Below are positions 1-9,457 of a stretch of 64,000 nucleotides of DNA, piece after piece. Numbering within the stretch: position 1 is the stretch's first letter; every line of letters begins with the position of its first letter. Source of the stretch: Thiotrichaceae bacterium UBA5859. Its GTDB lineage: Bacteria > Pseudomonadota > Gammaproteobacteria > UBA5859. The DNA is taken from the NCBI GenBank assembly GCA_002432655.1, contig DJFZ01000018.1:40391-104390 (forward strand). The letters are read 5' to 3'. A program made the translations under genes and the position numbers. The notes under the pieces were generated by a model. It was not told where the DNA came from. It did no database searches and saw only the letters and a program-made list of their open reading frames with translations.

Positions 1-543
1 CAGCTACCGGAGCTAAGGATTGGTCTGATACACGGGCGCATGAAGATAGGCGAACGACAGCAGATAATGCAACAATTTAAAGTGGGTGATATAGATATTT
101 TAGTCGCCACTACGGTTATCGAGGTGGGCGTGGATGTACCCAACGCAAATACCATGATTATTGACAATGCAGAACGCTTAGGCTTATCACAATTGCATCA
201 ACTCAGGGGTCGAGTAGGTCGTGGGCAGCAAAAAAGTTACTGCTTGTTAATTTATCAAGAACCGCTCTCTGAATTAGCCAGAGCACGGTTATCAGTGATG
301 CGCGAAACACAGGATGGATTCGAAATTGCGCAACGAGATTTGGAGATCAGGGGACCAGGAGAAATATTAGGGATCCGTCAAACCGGTCTAACGGAGTTAA
401 AAATTGCAGATCTGATCCGAGATCAGAACTGTTTACCCAATGTGGCAGATACCGCCCAAAAAATGCAACAATTTTATCCGGAATTAATTTCTCCCTTAAT
501 CAGAAGATGGATAGGGGATAAAGGTCAATTCAGTCATGTCTAG
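1..543 (+). CDS. recG: ATP-dependent DNA helicase RecG, C-terminal fragment (gene begins upstream of the window)
   Basis: The reading frame is open from nt 1. It carries helicase motif VI (QLHQLRGRVGRG) and a C-terminal tail collinear with E. coli RecG (EIRGPGEILG...ADL.RDQ). Confidence 0.85.
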   Translation, partial: QLPELRIGLIHGRMKIGERQQIMQQFKVGDIDILVATTVIEVGVDVPNANTMIIDNAERLGLSQLHQLRGRVGRGQQKSYCLLIYQEPLSELARARLSVMRETQDGFEIAQRDLEIRGPGEILGIRQTGLTELKIADLIRDQNCLPNVADTAQKMQQFYPELISPLIRRWIGDKGQFSHV

Positions 544-1099
544 CACACGAGTGGTGCCAGGTGAGCCTCATTGGTTTCACCGCCACCACTGTTGGGGTGC
601 TCATATTCCCTCTTTAGCGATGCGTTCTTGGTTATTTGATGAAGGATCATTGACTCAACGTTTAAAAGCAATCTGTGAAGATGATTTTCGTGTGGAAGTG
701 CAACAACGTGTATGGCAGCACGTGGAAATGAATGAGTGCCGCGTTCTGCAGTTAAGGGGGGCTGAGTTTGCGTATGTACGGGAGGTGATACTCTACTGCC
801 GCCAGCGACCGATGGTTTTCGCACGCACCGTGATTCCAGCTCTGACGGTACAACGGCATCAATATCTGTTAATGTTAGGCAACAAGCCGCTGGGTGCCGC
901 ACTGTTTGCTGACCCCAAAATGCATCGAGGACCGATAGAAATTACCTGTTTGACACCGAAACAAAAATTATTCAGAAGGGTAGTTACTTGTATTTCCGAG
1001 AAGCCGGATCAAGTGTGGGGGCGTCGATCTCTCTTTCGATTGCGTACCGATCCTCTCTTAGTGGCTGAATATTTTTTACCAGATGGAGTGCCGATTTAA
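536..1099 (+). CDS. ubiC: chorismate--pyruvate lyase
   Basis: It lies immediately upstream of ubiA and overlaps it in an operon-like way. The C-terminal motif WGRRSLFRL...PLLVAEYFLP resembles UbiC (WGRRSRL...PLLLTELFLP). The size of 187 aa fits. Confidence 0.65.
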   Translation: MSSTRVVPGEPHWFHRHHCWGAHIPSLAMRSWLFDEGSLTQRLKAICEDDFRVEVQQRVWQHVEMNECRVLQLRGAEFAYVREVILYCRQRPMVFARTVIPALTVQRHQYLLMLGNKPLGAALFADPKMHRGPIEITCLTPKQKLFRRVVTCISEKPDQVWGRRSLFRLRTDPLLVAEYFLPDGVPI

Positions 1100-1978
1100 A
1101 TGCAAGCTTCACTGACGCCCTGGCAGGGACGTTTAGCATCCTATGCCCGGTTAATGAGGTTGGATAAACCCATTGGTATATATTTATTGCTATGGCCAAC
1201 GGTTTGGGGACTAGTGGCCGCTGGAGTTGGTCGACCTGATCTGCTACTCACTATAGTCTTTGTTTTGGGTGTATTTTTTATGCGCTCCGCCGGATGTGTG
1301 GTGAATGACTTGGTGGATAGGGATATTGATCCCCAGGTGGCGCGTACCAAAGAGCGTCCTATCGCTAATGCAGAAGTGTCTCCTGGTGAAGCATTATGGC
1401 TATTTTTAGGTCTTTTGGCTTTGGCGGCACCGCTGTTATTATTTTTGAACTGGCCCACTCGGTGGCTTTCTTTAGGCGCGGTATTTTTAGCAGTAACCTA
1501 TCCTTTTACTAAACGGGTCACCCATTTACCTCAGGTTTATCTGGGCGCAGCTTTCGGCTGGGCGATTCCGATGGCTTTTATGGCGCATCAGCGGGCTTTA
1601 CCCCTAGAGACTTGGTGGCTCTATTTAGTGACGATATTATGGGCGGTCATCTATGACACTATGTATGCCATGGTAGATCGTGAAGATGATTTGCAAGCCG
1701 GTGTGAAGTCCACGGCGATTCTGTTTGGTGCATATGATCGGCTTATTATAGGCGTATTGCAGTTTACGGTTTGCCTGTTGTTATTTGGATTGGCACGCTA
1801 TTTAGATTTGAATCCAGTATTCGATCTATTTTTATTGATAGGTGCGGGGAATTTTGTCTATCAACAATACTTGATTAGAGATCGCCAATCGGAGCAATGC
1901 TTCAAAGCTTTTTTGGCCAGCCATTGGTTTGGAGTTGCGATCTTTTTTGGGCTTTTCTTAGGATACCAAGTGGGTTAA
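1100..1978 (+). CDS. ubiA: 4-hydroxybenzoate octaprenyltransferase
   Basis: UbiA prenyltransferase motifs are present (NDLVDRDID, YDTMYAMVDREDD). It is a polytopic membrane protein of 292 aa. Confidence 0.9.
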   Translation: MQASLTPWQGRLASYARLMRLDKPIGIYLLLWPTVWGLVAAGVGRPDLLLTIVFVLGVFFMRSAGCVVNDLVDRDIDPQVARTKERPIANAEVSPGEALWLFLGLLALAAPLLLFLNWPTRWLSLGAVFLAVTYPFTKRVTHLPQVYLGAAFGWAIPMAFMAHQRALPLETWWLYLVTILWAVIYDTMYAMVDREDDLQAGVKSTAILFGAYDRLIIGVLQFTVCLLLFGLARYLDLNPVFDLFLLIGAGNFVYQQYLIRDRQSEQCFKAFLASHWFGVAIFFGLFLGYQVG

Positions 1979-2010
1979 TTCATTGGGTATTAAAATTAGG
2001 ATGCCAATTC

Positions 2011-2382
2011 ATGGCTTTTACAGAAATAGAACGACAACGCATCAAGCGCGATTTAGAGCCTTTAACAGAGCGTCTATTGGCTCACCAGAAAGAGGAAGAT
2101 CCTGGTCTAGACTATGTGATTGGAGAGTCTGTTATAGATATTTTCTATACTCGAATGACCTCTGCGGGGGATGAGCGTATCGGGGTGGCAAAAATCGAAT
2201 TTGATCCCGCGCAACAGTGTTGGGTTTTATTTTGGCAGCGTAATGATTTGAAATGGTGTGAATACCGACCTTTGAAGTCCTCCTCAGAGTTATCGAATTT
2301 AATTGCCGAAATTTGCAGAGATATTCATGGTTATTTTTTCTGGCGAACAGGCGCGGCGCAAAAAAGGGAAATAGAGCGCTGA
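2011..2382 (+). CDS. hypothetical protein
   Basis: The ORF list gives 1897..2382. I prefer the internal ATG at 2011 (MAFTEIERQ...) because it is preceded by AGGA and avoids overlap with ubiA. I recognise no family. Confidence 0.4.
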   Translation: MAFTEIERQRIKRDLEPLTERLLAHQKEEDPGLDYVIGESVIDIFYTRMTSAGDERIGVAKIEFDPAQQCWVLFWQRNDLKWCEYRPLKSSSELSNLIAEICRDIHGYFFWRTGAAQKREIER

Positions 2383-2964
2383 TAGAAGTACCATCTGTAG
2401 GAAACTATCATGACACCTCGGTACGGGATTGTGTTCGACAGAACCTCTGTTTGTTTTTCGATCACTACATACCTCAAGGTTTGTCTGTCACTGAAGAATC
2501 CGGCAAAGCGGGATAGGAACCCAAATCCATGCTAGGGCAAAGGCGCGGTGCTAGCTTTTAACCGCTGACCTTAGTGGCAACATGAAAGAAATGTGAAGCA
2601 TTATGTCTTGAATAGGAGCAGGATTTTGAGAGGTTGCAGGTGACAGGTAGAGATTAACTATCTAGCTTGTCGAATTAGCCAGTGACTAATGTTATCGAGA
2701 TCATTCGTGATATCTATTTGGGTAAGCCTACCCTTACTAAAGTTTCACAATCGCCAGGGGGTATTTCCACTAATTGTCTTGTGGTCTTGCTTATCGTCTA
2801 AATTGCCTTGAAGAAGAAGGAATGATTCGTTTATTACCCTATAATAGACAAGTGCTGTGCAATTGCCATGAACTCACGACAAAAGTTGAAGACCCATTGA
2901 CAGTTTTCAAACAATTACGGTAAGGAACAATAAAGATATTCCAGGAATCACTATTCAGAAACAA

Positions 2965-3017
2965 CGCCCGCCGTTGCTATAGCCGATTGTAGAGCGCTTG
3001 GTGGGCGGGTTATTTTC
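2965..3017 (+). terminator. GC-rich hairpin (CCCGCC...GGCGGG with an internal GCTATAGC palindrome) followed by TTATTTT, 24 nt upstream of the uup start; possible terminator, attenuator or sRNA 3' end
   Basis: The inverted repeat and T-tract are seen directly in the sequence. The loop is long, so this is tentative. Confidence 0.3.
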
Positions 3018-3040
3018 AACATCAGATAATTAAGTATTTC

Positions 3041-4936
3041 ATGTGGTTAAAACTGAGCAATGTAAGCCATAGTTTTGGCGGCCCGACCTTGCTTGATCGA
3101 GCACAGCTAACTGTGGAAGCGAATGAGCGCATCGCTTTGGTGGGGCGTAATGGCGTCGGAAAATCTTCCTTGCTTAATATCTTGGCGAAGCGTCTGACCC
3201 CCGATGAAGGTGAGGTGCAGATAAAATCCGGGCTAAGAACAGCACTCTTAGAACAGAGTTTGCCGGTTGCAGAGCATGCTACGGTATTTCAAATAGTGGT
3301 TGCTGGTCTGGGGGAGTTGGGTGAAAAAATCGCTGATTATATGAGGTTCAGTAAAACGGAGCAGTCTAATCTTCTATTAAAAAAATTAGAAAAATTACAT
3401 GATGAAATTGAATTAGCGGGCGGATGGTCAATAGACGCAAAAGTACGCAAAGTGGCGCAGCAGCTAAATTTAGAATTGGATGCAAAATTTGCGACGCTTT
3501 CAGGTGGTGTGAAGCGTAGAGCGCTACTGGCTCGCGCAATTGTTTCTGAACCAGATTTACTTTTATTAGATGAGCCTACTAATCACCTAGATATAGTGCA
3601 GATACAATGGTTAGAAAGTTATCTAGAGAATTTCCCCGGATCGGTGATATTTATTTCACATGACCGGCGTTTTGTTGAACGCTTGGCTAGACGTGTGGTT
3701 GAAATAGATAGAGGACAACTTCTGAGTTGGCATGGAAGTTATCAGAATTATTTGAAGCGACAACAGAAATTGTTGTTAGAACAAGAGGAACAGTTCAAGT
3801 TAGAAGATAAAAAATTGGCCTCAGAAGAGGCGTGGATAAGAAAAGGAATCAAAGCCAGAAGGACGCGAGATCAGGGAAGAGTAAGAGCGCTGCAAAAGCT
3901 AAGGGAGACTCGACGTGCGCGTCGTTCCAAAATGGGGGATGTTAATATCAACGTGGATAGTGAACTGATATCGGGAAAGCGAGTGTTTGAGGTAGAAGGG
4001 CTTTCCTATCAGTATTCAGATCAAACCCCGCTTATCAAAAATTTTTCTTGTGAAGTTAGTCGCGGTGACAAAATCGCAATAGTGGGTGCCAACGGTTGCG
4101 GTAAGAGTACTCTCGTAAAGCTGTTATTAAAAGAATTGCCACCCAGTAGCGGGCGCATCCATCAAGGCACGAAAATCCAGTTAGCTTATTTCGATCAATT
4201 GCAACAACAATTAGATGAGAATATGACGCTCTTAGATTTTGTAGGAGAAGGCAGGACGCAGATCGAGGTGGCTGGCACACAACGCCACATTATGGGATAT
4301 CTACAGGATTTTCTCTTTTCTCCTCAGGCTGTGAGGAGTCCGATTAAAGTATTGTCTGGTGGCGAACGCAATCGCTTAATCCTTGCCAAGATTCTTTCGA
4401 AACCCGCCAATTTATTGGTACTAGATGAACCCACGAATGATTTGGATATTGAGACGCTCGAAATTTTGGAGTCCATGTTAGTTGCGTATAGCGGAACCTT
4501 GCTATTGGTCAGTCATGACAGAGAATTTATTGATCGTGTTGCCACCAATATTTGGTTGTTTGAAGGAAACGGAAAAGTAACCGAATATATTGGTGGTTAT
4601 GAAGATATGTTGATGCAAAGTTCTTCTGCCAAACTAAAAAACATCAAACCAAATAAAGATAAAATAAAAAAGCAAAACATACCTAGAGAGACGAAATCCT
4701 CTAACCAGGTAAAACTGAGCTATAAGCAGGAACGGGAACGGCAACAGTTACCGGATCAAATTGAATTGCTAGAACATGACATCGATGATATTCAAACCAA
4801 GTTAAGTGATCCAGACTTTTATAAAACAGAAGGTGAATCGATAGCTATATTGAAGAAACGATTGAGTGCATTGCAGGAAGAGTTGGAATTAGTTTTCCAG
4901 CGCTGGGAAGAATTAGAGAGACTGACAAAAAAATAA
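3041..4936 (+). CDS. uup: ABC-F family ATPase (Uup-like, two ABC domains plus a C-terminal coiled-coil)
   Basis: Two Walker A motifs (GRNGVGKSS, GANGCGKST), two LSGG signature motifs and a KR-rich linker are present. The N-terminus is collinear with E. coli Uup. At 631 aa with a C-terminal coiled coil it resembles Uup rather than EttA. Confidence 0.85.
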   Translation: MWLKLSNVSHSFGGPTLLDRAQLTVEANERIALVGRNGVGKSSLLNILAKRLTPDEGEVQIKSGLRTALLEQSLPVAEHATVFQIVVAGLGELGEKIADYMRFSKTEQSNLLLKKLEKLHDEIELAGGWSIDAKVRKVAQQLNLELDAKFATLSGGVKRRALLARAIVSEPDLLLLDEPTNHLDIVQIQWLESYLENFPGSVIFISHDRRFVERLARRVVEIDRGQLLSWHGSYQNYLKRQQKLLLEQEEQFKLEDKKLASEEAWIRKGIKARRTRDQGRVRALQKLRETRRARRSKMGDVNINVDSELISGKRVFEVEGLSYQYSDQTPLIKNFSCEVSRGDKIAIVGANGCGKSTLVKLLLKELPPSSGRIHQGTKIQLAYFDQLQQQLDENMTLLDFVGEGRTQIEVAGTQRHIMGYLQDFLFSPQAVRSPIKVLSGGERNRLILAKILSKPANLLVLDEPTNDLDIETLEILESMLVAYSGTLLLVSHDREFIDRVATNIWLFEGNGKVTEYIGGYEDMLMQSSSAKLKNIKPNKDKIKKQNIPRETKSSNQVKLSYKQERERQQLPDQIELLEHDIDDIQTKLSDPDFYKTEGESIAILKKRLSALQEELELVFQRWEELERLTKK

Positions 4937-5042
4937 TATCGACAGTCATTCTCTTCAAGAACAAACAGATCAGCATAGTAAGTCTATTCGAGAGCGTACA
5001 GCACGCACTTACTTCGGCGTCGTTCCTTTGGCTTTCGATGGG

Positions 5043-5639
5043 TTATCCCGTTCTTCTTTTAATATTTTTTAAATCCTGACGCAACCTCTGTAGGTTTTGA
5101 TGGTACTTATCACCGTCACCAAATTCGAGAAATTTGGGGTATTGATTATGCATCGTTTTGAGTTTTTTTGCATGTTTAATGGGGCACCAATACTGTTCTG
5201 TTCGGCCCGCGATTTCCTGAATATAAGCAATCAAACCGTTAAAATATCCGCAGTAAATACAGTTCAATTTTTCGATGGCATTGAGATATCTTAAAGTGTG
5301 TCTGTCAATGACAATGTAGTCACTACGTTTGACTGTAGGGATCCCATATATTCTGAAGCAACTGAATTGATAAAATGAAATAAACAAGTCTAATAAGAGT
5401 GCTGGAGGGAAACACGCCCATACAATGGGTGCTGTCATCATATTGGCAAACGAAGCATTAAAAATATAGGTATGTAAGCTGGTTGCTAAGGTTTTGTGGT
5501 AAGCTTTGGCTTCCTCCTCAAAATGAACTTTTCGATCTTTAATTTTGTAGAAAAATTGTTGTTCTTTTTGTTGTAATTCTTCTACTAACTCTTTTTCGAG
5601 CTTTTTAATTTCGGCCAATAGATCTTCTGCCTTCTCCAT
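5043..5639 (-). CDS. hypothetical protein, translationally coupled to comF: N-terminal charged coiled-coil, one hydrophobic segment, and a C-terminal C-x2-C...C-P-x2-H motif
   Basis: Its start codon directly abuts the comF stop. The gene looks AT-rich by eye compared with its neighbours. I recognise no family. Confidence 0.5.
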   Translation of the reverse strand: MEKAEDLLAEIKKLEKELVEELQQKEQQFFYKIKDRKVHFEEEAKAYHKTLATSLHTYIFNASFANMMTAPIVWACFPPALLLDLFISFYQFSCFRIYGIPTVKRSDYIVIDRHTLRYLNAIEKLNCIYCGYFNGLIAYIQEIAGRTEQYWCPIKHAKKLKTMHNQYPKFLEFGDGDKYHQNLQRLRQDLKNIKRRTG

Positions 5640-6338
5640 TTAATATATCCCCTTATTGATATTAGGCGTACGCGCAATTGCCCAAACGTCGATCTGTTTT
5701 ATACCACTATTGGCTAATAGTTGCGCCAACGCAGTGATCGTGGCCGTGGTTGTAATCACATCGTCTATAATAGCCACATGATTATGATGGATAGAATGAG
5801 TGAGATAAAAAGCATTTTTTAAATTGTCCATTCGATGTTTGGCCGAGAGACCTGTTTGGTGTCTTTCTTGTTGGCGGCGACCCACATGAATGTGATCGGG
5901 TCGGTTGGGTAATAGAGATGCGAGACTTTTGGCTAATAACCAAGATTGGTTAAATCCTCTCTCTCTTAGTCTGTTGTTGGAGAGCGGTACTGGCACCAAT
6001 GCGGTGGGATAGGGCGGATCTGACTGCTGAATTTTGTTTGCCAATTGATCGGCGAACAAGGGTAGCAATTGCAAACGCGCATGAAACTTAAATCCCTGGA
6101 TCAGCGCATCCGTTGGCCATCGATATTGCCAAAGACAAAAAGTTCGCTGATAGGCTGGAGGCTTTGCCAAACAGGATCCGCAGATCCCTGGTGTTGGCAG
6201 CGGTAGGCCGCAGCGAAAGCAAGGGCTGGGGATCTCGGGTAGCTCATGGAAACAAGCATCGCATAGCGCTCCGTTAGCGGTGCTGTCCCCGCAAAGGAAG
6301 CAGGATTGGGGTAATAGGCGGTGAAAAACCTTTTTCAT
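5640..6338 (-). CDS. comF: ComF/GntX family phosphoribosyltransferase-domain protein
   Basis: The N-terminus has a 4-Cys zinc finger (CFLCG...CDAC...CFRCG...CGSC). The C-terminus has a PRTase motif (VAIIDDVITTTATI). Confidence 0.75.
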   Translation of the reverse strand: MKKVFHRLLPQSCFLCGDSTANGALCDACFHELPEIPSPCFRCGLPLPTPGICGSCLAKPPAYQRTFCLWQYRWPTDALIQGFKFHARLQLLPLFADQLANKIQQSDPPYPTALVPVPLSNNRLRERGFNQSWLLAKSLASLLPNRPDHIHVGRRQQERHQTGLSAKHRMDNLKNAFYLTHSIHHNHVAIIDDVITTTATITALAQLLANSGIKQIDVWAIARTPNINKGIY

Positions 6339-6339
6339 T

Positions 6340-6370
6340 GGTAAACTTTTCTAATCTAAAAAAGTTGACA
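6340..6370. promoter_or_regulatory. candidate BirA operator (imperfect inverted repeat GGTAAAC-N17-GTTGACA) between comF and bioB
   Basis: The half-sites resemble the E. coli bioO halves (TGTAAAC / GTTTACA). The right half overlaps a TTGACA -35-like hexamer. Confidence 0.35.
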
Positions 6371-6456
6371 GTAAACGCCATGTTCGTACACTGACGTGTT
6401 CTACCCACCCCTTTTTAGAAGATTTGAGGCCTGCTATGCAAGCGCTAGAAGGAAAA

Positions 6457-7464
6457 ATGGCAGATCTGGATGATCTGCGACATGACTGGACCTTAGAAGA
6501 AATCGACGATCTCTTTCGATTACCCTTTAATGATTTACTCTTCCAAGCGCAGACAATTCATCGCCAACAATTTGATCCTAACAAGGTTCAGATCAGTACC
6601 TTACTGAGTATTAAGACGGGCGCATGTCCTGAGGACTGCGCCTACTGCCCGCAAAGTGTACGTTATGACACTGGTCTGCAAAAGGAACAGCTATTGGCGG
6701 TAACAGAGGTGGTGAACGCCGCAAAAGCCGCCAAAGCTCAAGGCGCCAGTCGCTTCTGCATGGGTGCCGCTTGGCGCTCTCCCAAAGATCGAGATCTGGA
6801 TACCGTGGAGGCGATGATTCAAGCCGTGCGAGATCTGGGCCTGGAAACTTGCGTGACTTTGGGCATGTTGAGTGAGCCGCAGGTTCATCGCCTAAAAGAG
6901 GCTGGACTCGATTATTACAATCATAATTTGGATACTTCACCAGAATATTACGGTGAAATCATTACTACCCGCACCTACCAGGATAGACTAGATACCTTGT
7001 CACATGTGCGTCAGGCCGGCATCAATGTCTGTTGTGGCGGTATTGTGGGCATGGGAGAAGGCAGGGCGGATCGAGTGAGCTTGCTTGCCGAGTTGGCAAA
7101 TATGGAGAAACACCCCGAGAGTGTGCCAATTAATCTATTGGTACAGGTTGAGGGCACCCCCTTGCACGGTACGCATAAGTTAGACAATTTCGAATTTATC
7201 CGCACTATTGCCGTGGCGCGGATGCTAATGCCTGGCTCCTATGTCCGGCTGTCTGCAGGACGTGAACAGATGTCTGAAGAGATGCAAGCACTCTGCTACT
7301 TCGCTGGTGCGAATTCTATCTTCTATGGGGAGAAATTACTCACCACCTCTAATCCAGAGGCGAATGCGGATCGCGCACTATTTAATAAATTGGGTATCAG
7401 TGCGTTGGGCGGGGATTTAGCGGATCAGGCCAGCGAAGCACCGCTATTAACTGCCGAGCGATAA
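6457..7464 (+). CDS. bioB: biotin synthase
   Basis: The radical-SAM motif [11 protein letters not shown] is present and the protein is collinear with E. coli BioB. The ATG at 6457 is preceded by AGAAGGA. The ORF list begins at a TTG at 6424. Confidence 0.9.
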   Translation: MADLDDLRHDWTLEEIDDLFRLPFNDLLFQAQTIHRQQFDPNKVQISTLLSIKTGACPEDCAYCPQSVRYDTGLQKEQLLAVTEVVNAAKAAKAQGASRFCMGAAWRSPKDRDLDTVEAMIQAVRDLGLETCVTLGMLSEPQVHRLKEAGLDYYNHNLDTSPEYYGEIITTRTYQDRLDTLSHVRQAGINVCCGGIVGMGEGRADRVSLLAELANMEKHPESVPINLLVQVEGTPLHGTHKLDNFEFIRTIAVARMLMPGSYVRLSAGREQMSEEMQALCYFAGANSIFYGEKLLTTSNPEANADRALFNKLGISALGGDLADQASEAPLLTAER

Positions 7465-7477
7465 CAACCGAATCCAT

Positions 7478-8668
7478 ATGACCGCCTGGGATTTGCGTCA
7501 AGCCCTCGACACACGGCGCCAAGAGCACCTCTATCGCCAACGGCCACTGGTGACCAGTGCGCAAGGGCCCGCTGTTTCCATGGGCGATCATCAATACCTC
7601 TGTTTTTGTAGTAACGACTATCTTGGTTTGGCAGCCCATCCAGAAGTCAGGCGCGCATTTTTGCAAGCTGCAGAACAATATGGTGTCGGTGCCACTGCTT
7701 CCCATCTAATAAATGGCCATATGCAACCACACCAGGAATTGGAAGAAAGATTAGCCAAGCTGACGAACCGTCCTCGTGCGCTGCTGTTTTCCTCCGGCTA
7801 TATGGCGAATTTGGGGGTCATGAGTGCACTCTTAGGCAAACAGGATGCAGTGTTTGCCGATAGACTCAACCATGCCTCACTCATCGATGGGGTAGCTCTC
7901 TCTGGCGCCAAATCGGTCCGTTTTGGCCATCAGGATTTACCACATCTGGCTTCTCGCCTGGAGTCAGTCAGGGCTCGGCGTAAGTTAATTGTGACCGACG
8001 GCATTTTCAGCATGGATGGAGATGCGGCGCAGCTACCCGCATTGGCGCATTTGGCAGCAGCGCATGATGCTTGGCTAATGGTGGACGATGCTCATGGCAT
8101 TGGTGTCGCCGGACAGACTGGCGCAGGTACAGTGGAGGCGCAGGGTTTAAGTGACGAGCAGGTACCTATATTGATGGCTACCCTGGGCAAGGCGATGGGA
8201 ACTTTCGGTGCCTTCGTTGCTGGCAGCGAGCAGTTAATTGAAACCCTGATCCAGTTTTCCCGTACTTATATCTATACCACCGCATTACCACCCGCGTTAG
8301 CGGTGGCAACCTTGGCAAGTCTCGAAGTTTTGCGTCAGGAGCCGGGAAGAAGAGAGCATTTAAATAACTTAATCCGCAGATTTCGGCACCAGGCGTCGGA
8401 AAATCAGCTCCCATTGCTGGCCTCCGAGAGTCCCATTCAAGCGATCATAGTTGGTAGCGCTGAAGATGCGTTACAGTTAAATCAGTTCCTTCTGAGTGAA
8501 GGCATTCTCGTTACCGCTATTCGCCCACCCACAGTGCCCAGAGGCACTGCTCGGCTTAGGATCACCTTGTCCGCTGCTCATAGCAATGAGCAGATCGATC
8601 GATTAGTTGCGAGCTTAATAAAAGCCAAACAAAAACTTCCAGGTTCATTTAACTATGCCGGCCAATGA
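7478..8668 (+). CDS. bioF: 8-amino-7-oxononanoate synthase
   Basis: It is a PLP-dependent acyltransferase (DDAHGIGVAG, TLGKAMG with a Lys). It sits in bioB-F-C-D order. Confidence 0.9.
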   Translation: MTAWDLRQALDTRRQEHLYRQRPLVTSAQGPAVSMGDHQYLCFCSNDYLGLAAHPEVRRAFLQAAEQYGVGATASHLINGHMQPHQELEERLAKLTNRPRALLFSSGYMANLGVMSALLGKQDAVFADRLNHASLIDGVALSGAKSVRFGHQDLPHLASRLESVRARRKLIVTDGIFSMDGDAAQLPALAHLAAAHDAWLMVDDAHGIGVAGQTGAGTVEAQGLSDEQVPILMATLGKAMGTFGAFVAGSEQLIETLIQFSRTYIYTTALPPALAVATLASLEVLRQEPGRREHLNNLIRRFRHQASENQLPLLASESPIQAIIVGSAEDALQLNQFLLSEGILVTAIRPPTVPRGTARLRITLSAAHSNEQIDRLVASLIKAKQKLPGSFNYAGQ

Positions 8669-9446
8669 AGCAGCGCCTTTTTCTCGTCGTGATATCCGTC
8701 AATCTTTCAGTAGGGCAGCTGATACTTATGATAGATCCGCGCTCATCCAGCGGCAGATAGGGGATGATCTGCTACGCTCTTTACCACCATTAAGTGGTTC
8801 CATATTAGATCTGGGCTGTGGCACCGGGTATTGCTTATCTAAGTTAAAAGCAGCTTATCCCGATCTTGGGCTCATCGGTTTAGATCTCTCCCAACAAATG
8901 GCGACATTCACTCGGCAAAAAGGTATTCGCCGTATAGTGTGTGCAGATGCCCATCATTTACCTTTTAAATCCCAATCTTTTGGAGCGATTGTGTCCAATC
9001 TAGTGGTTCAATGGAGCGCTTCTCTGGATCTATTATTTGCCCAGTGCCAGCGAGTGTTATCTAGCCAAGGTTATTTTGTATTCAATAGTTTGCTGCCCGG
9101 TACACTGATTGAAATTGAACAGGCTTGGTTGCGAGTAGATTCAGGCGTCCATGTGAATCGATTTATTCCAGAGGATGAGTTGTGTGCAGCACTCAATCGT
9201 TCTGGGTTGCAGATTCGACGTATCGAACAGCGTCAGTATAGGTTTTATTTTGATCATGCTCGCGAGGCGATGTTACAAATCAAGGGCATCGGTGGGCATA
9301 ATATGAATTCGGCGCGTCAGCGGGCCTTAACTGGTAAGAAAGTATTTCAAAAGTTTATTCACCACTACGAAGCATCGCGTCAGTCTAGGGGTTTGCCCCT
9401 CACTTACCAGATCTTGGAAATCACAGCCCAAGCCTCTGATAAATAG
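8655..9446 (+). CDS. bioC: malonyl-ACP O-methyltransferase
   Basis: The SAM-binding motif LDLGCGTG is present. The protein is collinear with E. coli BioC (FSRAADTYDRSALIQRQ..., NLVVQW..., HVNRFIPEDE). Confidence 0.8.
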   Translation: MPANEAAPFSRRDIRQSFSRAADTYDRSALIQRQIGDDLLRSLPPLSGSILDLGCGTGYCLSKLKAAYPDLGLIGLDLSQQMATFTRQKGIRRIVCADAHHLPFKSQSFGAIVSNLVVQWSASLDLLFAQCQRVLSSQGYFVFNSLLPGTLIEIEQAWLRVDSGVHVNRFIPEDELCAALNRSGLQIRRIEQRQYRFYFDHAREAMLQIKGIGGHNMNSARQRALTGKKVFQKFIHHYEASRQSRGLPLTYQILEITAQASDK

Positions 9447-9457
9447 GAAAATACTCA

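Noticed and set aside
540-1458. Minus-strand ORFs 540..902, 984..1199 and 1141..1458
   Set aside because: They lie entirely inside and antisense to well-supported ubiC/ubiA coding sequence. I treat them as shadow ORFs.
1983-2516. Plus-strand ORFs 1983..2174 and 2313..2516
   Set aside because: They lie in alternative frames overlapping the 2011..2382 ORF and its 3' region. Their products are arginine-rich and of low complexity, with no RBS.
6611-8414. Antisense ORFs inside bioB and bioF (6611..6940, 6691..6888, 7011..7205, 7397..7705, 8178..8414)
   Set aside because: They are embedded in strongly conserved bio genes. I treat them as shadow ORFs.
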